Source: an uncultured Veillonellaceae bacterium
Lineage (GTDB): Bacteria > Bacillota > Negativicutes > JARBTT01
Reading direction: 5' to 3'
NCBI GenBank assembly: GCA_963805085.1
Contig: CAWDTA010000001.1
Location: forward strand, 288,001-352,000
Length of the DNA: 64,000 nt
The translations under genes were made by a program, and so were the position numbers. Shown here piece by piece: positions 48,964 through 57,381 of the stretch. Position 1 is the first letter of the stretch. The number at the start of each line of letters is the position of its first letter. The notes under the pieces are model-generated. The model saw only the letters and a program-made list of their open reading frames with translations, searched no databases and was not told where the DNA came from.

Positions 48964-49440
48964 ATGAAAGATTTCTTGTTGTTATTTGTAATATTTACTT
49001 CTTTAGGGTGGTGTGGCGTCGCTGGAGCTGAGGCAAATTCCATGGCAGTTACTGTACCTGTGTTTACAAGACATTTTCCTCATTCCAGTTCCGATTTGAA
49101 TGAACACAATCGTGGTTTTGGACTGGAGTACGCATTACGAAAAGATGTTAATCTAACGGCTGGAGTGTTTAATAACAGCTTGCGAAAAGATACCACTTAT
49201 GTAGGCGTTCAATATACGCCATATCGTGTATTTGGGCTACATACGGGCGTTATTGTAGGTCTTGATTTAAGTGGAGGATATGATTCTATCAATCCGATTA
49301 AACCAATAATTGGAGCCGTTCATTTTGCTACTGGTAAAGAGTATCCGATTGGCTTCAATATAGATATACTGCCAGGCGGCTGGAATCGTAATGGGCTGTA
49401 TGGAGCTGCTGCAGCCGTCTCCATGAAGTACTCGTTCTGA
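48964..49440 (+). CDS. Small outer-membrane beta-barrel-like protein (PagP-like)
   Basis: Signal peptide, NEHNRGFGLEY, AGVFNNS, terminal KYSF. Confidence 0.6.
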   Translation: MKDFLLLFVIFTSLGWCGVAGAEANSMAVTVPVFTRHFPHSSSDLNEHNRGFGLEYALRKDVNLTAGVFNNSLRKDTTYVGVQYTPYRVFGLHTGVIVGLDLSGGYDSINPIKPIIGAVHFATGKEYPIGFNIDILPGGWNRNGLYGAAAAVSMKYSF

Positions 49441-49457
49441 TAATTGTCGCAAGTTAG

Positions 49458-49485
49458 TAGACTGAGTGACGGTTCTGTTTGTCTA
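49458..49485 (+). repeat. R site without adjoining rlmD copy
   Basis: TAGACTGAGTGACGGTTCTGTTTGTCTA. Confidence 0.9.
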
Positions 49486-49698
49486 TAGCTTGCATTTTAA
49501 AATGTAATTCAAATAATCCTGAATTTAGTTGCAGTGCGTTTAAGACCATCCAAGCAGATTTGCAAAAGTTATATTTTTGAGTTTAATATTGATATTGCAC
49601 TTATAGTAAGTATATAAAAAGGTGATACCGATAAGTGGTCAGCCCCAATAAAGTTAAGTAAGAAAGTTTATCGCCTTAGTTTGGTCGCTTGGGGCGGT

Positions 49699-49764
49699 TT
49701 ACTTTTTTTGTAAAAGTACCACGAGAATAATAAAAAGCAACAAGGTTGCGTTTGTCTCATTCAT
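49699..49764 (-). CDS. Putative type I toxin (holin-like small hydrophobic peptide) MNETNATLLLFIILVVLLQKK
   Basis: 21 aa, one TM plus basic tail, RBS AGGGGGTGA sequestered in a hairpin; not in the ORF track. Confidence 0.65.
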   Translation of the reverse strand: MNETNATLLLFIILVVLLQKK

Positions 49765-49991
49765 GGGCTTCACCCCCTTTTAGGGGTAAAATTGACCGCC
49801 TACCGTTTAATGGTAGTACCTAAAAATATTATAGGTTTGTGTATTTTTGTGGAAAACTTAGACGGATAAAACCGTCATTTTGTATTAAAGATGAAGTAAA
49901 TGTGCAAGAGGTGCTTGCACATTTAGCGTGGTATCAACAAATATTCTTATAGCCAAGGGTATTGAGATATTATCAGAAATTGACTGCGTGC

Positions 49992-50195
49992 GAAATGTAG
50001 TAATAACTTCATAAATTTAAGTTAAAAAATCGCCTAGAGATATGTTTCTAGACGGTTTTTTTGTTTAAATAGTATTCTTTTAAGGAAAATATAGGACTTT
50101 TGAAGGAGTTTATTGTCTTTGTATGGAATTTTATAGGTGGATTATACTTTGTTTAGTGTAAAAATTTAGACGAAGAGAAGCGTCACTTTGTATAT
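49992..50195 (+). repeat. Downstream module with L site (50167-50185), preceded by a decayed rlmD scrap and a degenerate L (49859-49877)
   Basis: GAAATGTAGTAATAACTTCATAAA...TAGACGAAGAGAAGCGTCACTTTGTAT. Confidence 0.87.
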
Positions 50196-50356
50196 TAGTA
50201 TAAAGTGGGCATTGTAGATTTTAATGTAAAATATGAAAATGATTGTTTGAAAAATATTTTGTCCAAGTATGATATTGATGCATTAATTAAAAAACAGGTG
50301 AATAGTAAGAGCCAAAATAGCACAAGGAAAAAAGGAAACAATAAGCATAAATAATT

Positions 50357-51388
50357 ATGCGAGGGAGTGTGAAAATGCAATATTTATCTGAAAATAGTAT
50401 TTATGAAAACATACGAATAACTGTAGTAGAAGCACAGCAAAAAGTATATGCTACAGTTAACTTTGTAATGGTTGAAACTTATTGGAATATAGGGAAGCAA
50501 ATATATGAAGCGCAAGGTGAAAATGAACGTGCAGAGTACGGAAAAGGTTTATTAAAGTTTTTATCAGAAAAACTTACGCAAGAATTTGGTAAAGGATATA
50601 CTGTTACAAATTTAAAATATATGCGTCAATTTTATAATGCTTTTCCAAAACGTCACGCACTGCGTGACCAATTGAGTTGGACACATTATAGAATGCTTTT
50701 AAGGGTTGAAAATGATGCAGCTCGAATGTTCTATTTAGACGAATGCGCAAAATCAAATTGGAGTACAAGACAACTTGATCGACAAATAAATAGCTTTTAT
50801 TATCAGAGGCTGTTATCTAGTCAAGACAAAGATAGCGTGCGAAATGAGATTCAAACACTGGAAAAAGGTATTGATGCCAAAGATATTATTCGAGATCCAT
50901 ATGTACTTGAATTTTTAGGATTAGAGCAAACACCTAATCTTTATGAAAAAGATATTGAGCAAGGTTTGATTGACCATTTGCAAAAATTCTTATTAGAACT
51001 TGGACGTGGATTTTCATTCGTGTCGAGGCAACAACATATTACCTTTGATGGAGAGCATTATTATATTGACCTTGTTTTTTATAATTATATTTTGAAATGC
51101 TTTGTCATTATTGATTTAAAAATCGGTAAGCTGACACATCAAGACATTGGTCAAATGCAGATGTATGTAAATTACTACACAAGAGAACTAATGAATGAGG
51201 GTGATAACCTCCCTATTGGCATTGTTCTTTGCGCTGACAAAAGTGATTCAGTTGTTAAATATACTTTGCCTGAAGATAGCAATCAAATATTTGCATCGAA
51301 ATATAAGTTATATATGCCGACAGAGGAAGAACTTAAACGAGAACTTGCAAAAGAACAGGAACTGTTAGAGCTGGAGCAGGAGCTATAA
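50357..51388 (+). CDS. YhcG/DUF1016 PD-(D/E)xK nuclease-domain protein (cargo)
   Basis: YWNIG, NLKYMRQFY, LSWTHY, DPYVLEFL, LELGRGFSFV, GQMQMYVNYY. Confidence 0.92.
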   Translation: MRGSVKMQYLSENSIYENIRITVVEAQQKVYATVNFVMVETYWNIGKQIYEAQGENERAEYGKGLLKFLSEKLTQEFGKGYTVTNLKYMRQFYNAFPKRHALRDQLSWTHYRMLLRVENDAARMFYLDECAKSNWSTRQLDRQINSFYYQRLLSSQDKDSVRNEIQTLEKGIDAKDIIRDPYVLEFLGLEQTPNLYEKDIEQGLIDHLQKFLLELGRGFSFVSRQQHITFDGEHYYIDLVFYNYILKCFVIIDLKIGKLTHQDIGQMQMYVNYYTRELMNEGDNLPIGIVLCADKSDSVVKYTLPEDSNQIFASKYKLYMPTEEELKRELAKEQELLELEQEL

Positions 51389-51542
51389 TAGGTGGAGATG
51401 AAAATGGTTAATATAATTTACAGGCTACTACCTTCATTAAGTATAGATGAGTAGCAGAAATTGAATTGCATTTGAAGATTTAACATAGGAAGATATTATA
51501 TAACAAGAAGTTAATGTAGTTTAGAAATGTGAGGGATGAACA

Positions 51543-51686
51543 ATGTATATTTCTAATATCACAATTGAAAATTATAGGAGTTTTAACTCAATTATGGTCG
51601 ATTTTCATGAAGGGATTAATCTTTTAATTGGTCAAAATAATGCTGGAAAATCTAATTTATTGCGGGCAATGACAATTATAGACTGA
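51543..51686 (+). pseudogene. 5' stub of OLD/GajA-like ABC ATPase truncated at the R site
   Basis: MYISNITIENYRSF...LIGQNNAGKSNLLRA (Walker A); stop falls inside TAGACTGA. Confidence 0.8.
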
Positions 51687-52133
51687 GTGAAGATTCTCTT
51701 TGTCTGCAGATGTTATCGTCGTAGATCCACCACACGTAGGTTGTGACAAAGCCATCCTAGAAAACTCCGCCCACATGAAACCAAAACGCATCGTCTACGT
51801 ATCCTGCAATCCAGCTTCCCTAGCTAGAGATATCGCGATACTATCAGAATTTGGCTACGTAGCAAAAGAAATTCAACCAGTTGATATGTTTAGTGAAACA
51901 AGTCATATTGAGAGTGTAGCGTTGTTGGAGAAGAAGTAAGAAATGTAGTAATAACTTCATAAAACTAAGTTAAAAATTCGCCTAGAAATATGTTTCTAGG
52001 CGAATTTTTTGTTCTAGATAGTGTCTTTCTGGGGTAAATGGAGGGATTTTGAAGGAGATTTTGTATTTGTATGGAATTTTATAGGAAAATGATGTGTTTG
52101 TTTAGTATGAAAATAAGATAAACAAAACCTTCA
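51679..52133 (+). repeat. R site, rlmD 3' copy 2 (to 51939), module and L site (52115-52133)
   Basis: TAGACTGAGTGAAGATTCTCTTTGTCTG-CAGATGTTATCGTCGTAGATCC... Confidence 0.92.
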
Positions 52134-52167
52134 CCTTGTATATTTAATAAAGAGTCTTGAGAAGGGG

Positions 52168-53994
52168 TTGATAATTTATATGTTAAGTGCAAAAAAAATT
52201 GAGACAGATGCTAAACTTATACTTGAAAATGTTTTAAGCGAAAGTGAAAGTATAGTAAGAAATATTGCTGATAATGATAAGACACCATCATTTGATGGAT
52301 CATTGACATTGTATAAAAAAGAATATGATAAACAAGGACGATTTAGTGAAGAAAAAGAGAATATTATAGGCAGTATTGATATTCAATTAAAAGGGAAATA
52401 TATAGATGATGAAAATGAGTTGATTAAAGAGAAAATTAGCTATTCTGTAGAAATAAGTGATTTAAAGAATTTTCGTAAAAAAGGGGGTGCGATATTTTTT
52501 GTAGTATATTTTTTGAATAAAGTGAAGTTTTGCATATACCATAATGTATTATTGCCTGTAGATTTAGAAGATATATTATCCAAGGCAAAAGATACTCAGA
52601 ATAATAAGTCAATAAAATTAACTCCATTTCCAACAGATGCGGATTCGATGGAGTATATTTTTAAAAATTTTATTATTGATAGTAAGTTACAACATAGTAC
52701 TGCGAATAGTGGATATAAAAATCTGGAATACATAAAATCTGTAGAAAACTTAGTTTTTCGCAAGAATGACATATTAGAAAAAATGGATTTTAATAAAAAA
52801 ATATTTAATGTTCCTATATATGCGTATACGCCTTTGAATGATAACGTTTTTCAGCCGTTATCAAAATTTTTTATTGAAGAAATTTTAGTTGAAAAACCAA
52901 TTAATGTCAAAATAGATAGCAAAATATATTATTCTTGTTTGAAAGGGGGAAGAAATGCAACTGAGTACAGATTAAAAATAGGGGAGAGTTTTAATTTATT
53001 TATTCCAAATAGAAAAGAACATAATTTAGATATTAAATTTGATTGGAAATTTTCTGGAACATTGCAGCAGCGAATAGCTGATTCAGAGTTTCTTTTGGCA
53101 TTATATAATGGGGAAAATCTAGAAATTGAAAATATATTAAATTTCAAAGTAGAAAGCTTAAAAACAATAGAAAAGCAAGTAATTGAACGAGAAAACTTTT
53201 TTTATAAGGAAATTGAAAAATTGTTTCGAAACTTAAATATCTGCAAGGAATTAAATTTTGATACCATGACAAGCGAAGATGAAACAAATTTATTAATATT
53301 GAAGAAAGCGATCATTGATAAAAACAAAGTGAATATAACAGATGTAAAATATAAGATTGCATTGACGCCTAAAAGAATAAGTAATATGGGATTTAAATTA
53401 GTTATAGAAAAAGAAGGGGGAGATGGTGATGAATATAGAATATATAATTTTTTTGACATTAAATATATGCAACAGCATATACAATGGCGGCAAAAAGGAA
53501 AAGATCCTGTAGATGTACCATTTTGTATTCTTTTAAGAAAAAATGATTTTTTAGAAATAGATAATTTGAATTATAAATTTATAAAAGATAATATATTTCG
53601 TATAGAAAGATACACATTGGATATAGGGGAACATATTAATTGGTATATTATTGAAATGCTTGCTGCTTACGATGAAAAACCTAATAGTCATTTATTGGAT
53701 TGTGCTATTTTTGTTAGCAACTGGCTGGTAAATAGGGATAAATCTAATATCTACTATTTAAATTATTTACAAGCAATTATTAGAAATAGAGATTTTAATA
53801 AAAATGAAATTGATAGATTGATCGAGATTAAAACTAATAATAGAGAAGCAAGAATTTTAGTAGGTGTTAATATTCTATTAAATTCTTCAGATGCTGAAAT
53901 AAAGTATTGGTTTAATAAAATGTCTGTGATGGAACGAGATGAGTTTAAACAATTTCCGATTTTTAATCTGATAAAAGAAAAAGAAATTTTATAA
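52168..53994 (+). CDS. DUF4365-like (PD-(D/E)xK N-terminal) protein, probable defence cargo
   Basis: NDKTPSFDG...IDIQLKGK N-terminus; very AT-rich; start may be ATG 52180. Confidence 0.65.
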   Translation: MIIYMLSAKKIETDAKLILENVLSESESIVRNIADNDKTPSFDGSLTLYKKEYDKQGRFSEEKENIIGSIDIQLKGKYIDDENELIKEKISYSVEISDLKNFRKKGGAIFFVVYFLNKVKFCIYHNVLLPVDLEDILSKAKDTQNNKSIKLTPFPTDADSMEYIFKNFIIDSKLQHSTANSGYKNLEYIKSVENLVFRKNDILEKMDFNKKIFNVPIYAYTPLNDNVFQPLSKFFIEEILVEKPINVKIDSKIYYSCLKGGRNATEYRLKIGESFNLFIPNRKEHNLDIKFDWKFSGTLQQRIADSEFLLALYNGENLEIENILNFKVESLKTIEKQVIERENFFYKEIEKLFRNLNICKELNFDTMTSEDETNLLILKKAIIDKNKVNITDVKYKIALTPKRISNMGFKLVIEKEGGDGDEYRIYNFFDIKYMQQHIQWRQKGKDPVDVPFCILLRKNDFLEIDNLNYKFIKDNIFRIERYTLDIGEHINWYIIEMLAAYDEKPNSHLLDCAIFVSNWLVNRDKSNIYYLNYLQAIIRNRDFNKNEIDRLIEIKTNNREARILVGVNILLNSSDAEIKYWFNKMSVMERDEFKQFPIFNLIKEKEIL

Positions 53995-54023
53995 AAGAAA
54001 AAGATGCCTTTTAGTGGGGGGGA

Positions 54024-54477
54024 TAGACTAAGTGACGGTTCTCTTTTTCTACAGACGTTATCGTCGTAGATCCACCACGCGCTGGTTGCGACAAAGCCGT
54101 CCTAGAAAACTTCGCTCACATGAAACCAAAACGCATCGTCTACGTATCTTGCAATCCAGCTTCCCTAGCTAGAGATATCGCGATACTATCAGAATTTGGC
54201 TATGTATCCAAAGAAATTCAACCACTTGATATGTTTAGTGAAACAAGTCATATTGAGTGTGTGGCGTTGTTGGAGAAGAAGTAGGAAAAGTAGTAATAAC
54301 TTCATAAAATTAAGTTAAGAATTCGCCTAGAGATATGTTTCTAGGCGATTTTTTATTTTAAATAGTATCCTTTTAAGGGAAATAGAGGGATTTTGAAGGG
54401 GTTTTTGTCTTTGTATGGAAAGTTATATGTGAATTGTGCATTGGATAGTGTAAAATTTAAGACAAAAAGAACCGTCA
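54024..54477 (+). repeat. R site, rlmD 3' copy 3 (to 54284), module and L site (54460-54477)
   Basis: TAGACTAAGTGACGGTTCTCTTTTTCTA-CAGACGTTATCGTCG...; AGACAAAAAGAACCGTCACCTTGTATT. Confidence 0.92.
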
Positions 54478-54520
54478 CCTTGTATTTTTTCCGCTTTATG
54501 CTTGTTTCAACACGCGGCTA

Positions 54521-54978
54521 TAGACTGAGTGAAGGTTCTCTTTGTCTGCAGACGTCATCGTCGTAGACCCACCACGCGCAGGCTGTGAAAAAGCCGTCCT
54601 AAAAAGCTTCGCCCACATAAAACCAAAACGCATCGTCTACGTATCCTGCAATCCAGCTTCCTTAGCTAGAGATATTGCGATACTATCAGAAATTGGTTAT
54701 GTAGCTAAAGAAATTCAACCAGTTGATATGTTCAGTGAAACGAGTCATATTGAATGTGTGGCGTTGTTGGAGAAGAAATAGGAAATGTAGTAGTAAAACT
54801 TTATAGAAGTAAGTGAAGAATTCGCCTAGAGATATGTTTCTAGGCGATTTTTTTATTTTAAATAGTGTCATTTATAGAAAAATATAGGACTTTTGAAGGA
54901 ATTTTTGTCTTTGTATGGAATTTTATAGGTAGATAATGTATTTGTTTAGTATAGAAATTAAGACAAACAAAACCGTCG
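54521..54978 (+). repeat. R site, rlmD 3' copy 4 (to 54781), module and L site (54960-54978)
   Basis: TAGACTGAGTGAAGGTTCTCTTTGTCTG-CAGACGTCATCG...; AAGACAAACAAAACCGTCGCTTTGTATT. Confidence 0.92.
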
Positions 54979-55153
54979 CTTTGTATTATGTGTTGCTTTA
55001 TCGCTTATTATGATATGGTGTCTTTGTTATTGGTGATTTAGCGCGATCGTTAAAATTTTTTAGAAATAATTAACTTGATGGAGAGCGAGTTTGTTAAAAA
55101 AAGTATAATTATTTTCTGTGATGATGGGATTGTGTTTTAAAATGGAGGGATGA

Positions 55154-56698
55154 ATGAACAACATGGATGATACTCAGATTATAAAAAACATGTATCAAGG
55201 TGAAGCGCGGCGAGATGCAAGTAGCAAAGTAAGAGGATTCTTTTTTCAAGATTTGCTTGCTATAGATGAATTGCTGAGCAAAGAAACTGATTATGTTTGT
55301 ATAGAATATATCGAAGATGTGTTTGTAGTTTCTGGAAATACTGCACGCATTATACAGGCTAAATATTATCCTAATTCAACTGTGAAAATGGAGGAAATTG
55401 TAAAAGAACTTTATTATCAATTTGTTCGCATGGAACTTTATGGATATGGTGGAAAAATAATTCCTATACTTGCGATGCATGGGACAAAGATTCCGGTTAA
55501 ACCAACATTTGAAAAATTGCAAAGCAAAGACTATATTAATGTTGCACGCGCTGAAAAGCCTTTTGAAATACCTAATCTTGATGATTGGTTAAAAAAGAAT
55601 GTATATTCATTGAAAAAAGAGGATGCACAGAGAATGTGTTTTCAGACCTTTGCTTGGAATGGATCGATGCAAAAATTTTTGGATGAAATGCTTATTATTA
55701 ATGATTACGGCACGTTAGCAGAATACCGTAAAAAAATTGCGGAAAAGTTAGTTGGAATTCCATTTGATGGGTGTATTATATCAGAAGAGTTACGGCAGGA
55801 AATTTTATTAGGGCTTGCGATACAGTGTGTTCAAAAGAAATATAATGAGACTTCTGATGAATTAGATAGATTTAGTTCTAAACAATTAGAATATAGTGAT
55901 TTTATAAGCTATTTAGAAAAATGTATATGCATAGAAACAGAAGAAAGTATAGGTGCATATTTAAGTATGGTAACGATGGAATGTTGGGATAGGATTGAGA
56001 AAAACAACACGCAACTGACGCAAGAAAAGATAGACATATTACAATGTATCCGCGATAATACAGCAAATTGGTTGTTTGAACTTGGTAGTACTGCACAAGG
56101 ACAATTAAAATTATTAAATACAGTTAGTACAAGAGAAATAAATATGTTTGAAAATTTTACAAAAAAAAGCTGGTCAGAGAGGCACCGATTGGTTTATGAA
56201 CATAGAGATTCAATAGGTACATTCCTACGATATTTATGGAAAATACTTTTATATGTTAATCGAGATTTAATAGGAAAAAATTTTGGTGGAAATGAAATTG
56301 ATATAAAGAGGCTGCATCCCAAAGAATATTTTGATGTAAATGAGAACAGATATTTAAAAACTAAATTCTTGAAAGAGGAATCAAACGCAGTAGTTATTTT
56401 GGATTCGCTGAATTTTAGTTACCCTGAAGAATCTCTAAATAATATATTTGCTCGTATGCAGAAAATAAAACCTGAGAAATGGTATATGTCAGGTGCCTAT
56501 AGGGGGCGATATGATTATTCAATGGATGTGAGCGAGATTACGGATGGTAAAAATATTTCATCTCTCAGTCCTGATACATTTCGAATTGAATGCATGAAAT
56601 GTGTAAAGATCGATAGAGAAAAATGGAATAAAGAGGATGATTGTGAAAATACAATTTTTGCAGATCAGTGTATTAAAGAATCTGGAGGAAAAAGATGA
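55154..56698 (+). CDS. Cap4/DUF4297-like nuclease effector of ABC three-component (Lamassu-like) system
   Basis: RDASSKVRGFFFQD...IEYIEDV...IIQAKYY PD-(D/E)xK-like N-terminus; coupled to next genes. Confidence 0.65.
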   Translation: MNNMDDTQIIKNMYQGEARRDASSKVRGFFFQDLLAIDELLSKETDYVCIEYIEDVFVVSGNTARIIQAKYYPNSTVKMEEIVKELYYQFVRMELYGYGGKIIPILAMHGTKIPVKPTFEKLQSKDYINVARAEKPFEIPNLDDWLKKNVYSLKKEDAQRMCFQTFAWNGSMQKFLDEMLIINDYGTLAEYRKKIAEKLVGIPFDGCIISEELRQEILLGLAIQCVQKKYNETSDELDRFSSKQLEYSDFISYLEKCICIETEESIGAYLSMVTMECWDRIEKNNTQLTQEKIDILQCIRDNTANWLFELGSTAQGQLKLLNTVSTREINMFENFTKKSWSERHRLVYEHRDSIGTFLRYLWKILLYVNRDLIGKNFGGNEIDIKRLHPKEYFDVNENRYLKTKFLKEESNAVVILDSLNFSYPEESLNNIFARMQKIKPEKWYMSGAYRGRYDYSMDVSEITDGKNISSLSPDTFRIECMKCVKIDREKWNKEDDCENTIFADQCIKESGGKR

Positions 56699-57381
56699 AG
56701 TGGCAAGAATGCTTTACGCAATACAATTATGAGGCAATGATTTCAACAAATTCTGTAGATAGCACTCGGACATTAGGAATAGAATTTTTTCTTGAATCTG
56801 GAAAAGTTCCTGATGAGTTGAGAGAAGTTTATTTGAGCGAACGAAAAGATGAACTATATTTAGTTCTTCAACCCGATCCAAAAGTAAATATAGAATATTT
56901 TTGTGAATTTTGGGATAGTTCTATTATGGCGTTTATTAATTTTGGAAAATTACCAGGGTATGATCATAATAGTATAAAAAAATTGCGATATAATATTACA
57001 CAAATTTTATTGCATGGAGAGAAGAAGGATGATAAGGCTGGAGGACGCCCATTGATGGAATGCCCGGCTAGCTTGGCAGAAGAAAAGTCAACCTCTGTTT
57101 CAAGAAAAATATTTTTGAAATGTAAGGCTGATGATGAGTTTGATGAAGAAAGCAGGTTGTTGTTACCATTTTGGTATGATGAATTAGAGGAAAGGGAACT
57201 TGATTTAAAGGATGAAGAGGCGATTAAAGGCTTTTTGCCTAAAGAAGAAAGATTAAGTTTTATTTTCAAAGAAAAAAGAAAACTAGACAGGAGAGAGAAA
57301 GAAATATTGTCTGATCAATTGAATTTTACGGATGAAGAGTTTGACGCAGTGAAAGGCTGGTTGGAACAATGGCAGCAATAA
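56695..57381 (+). CDS. ABC three-component system middle component
   Basis: Overlaps both neighbours; YNI..ILL and EEKSTSVSRKIFL pattern. Confidence 0.55.
   Translation: MKWQECFTQYNYEAMISTNSVDSTRTLGIEFFLESGKVPDELREVYLSERKDELYLVLQPDPKVNIEYFCEFWDSSIMAFINFGKLPGYDHNSIKKLRYNITQILLHGEKKDDKAGGRPLMECPASLAEEKSTSVSRKIFLKCKADDEFDEESRLLLPFWYDELEERELDLKDEEAIKGFLPKEERLSFIFKEKRKLDRREKEILSDQLNFTDEEFDAVKGWLEQWQQ

Noticed and set aside
54503-54520. GTTTCAACACGCGGC resembling a type I-C CRISPR repeat end
   Set aside because: Single short occurrence, no array or cas genes.
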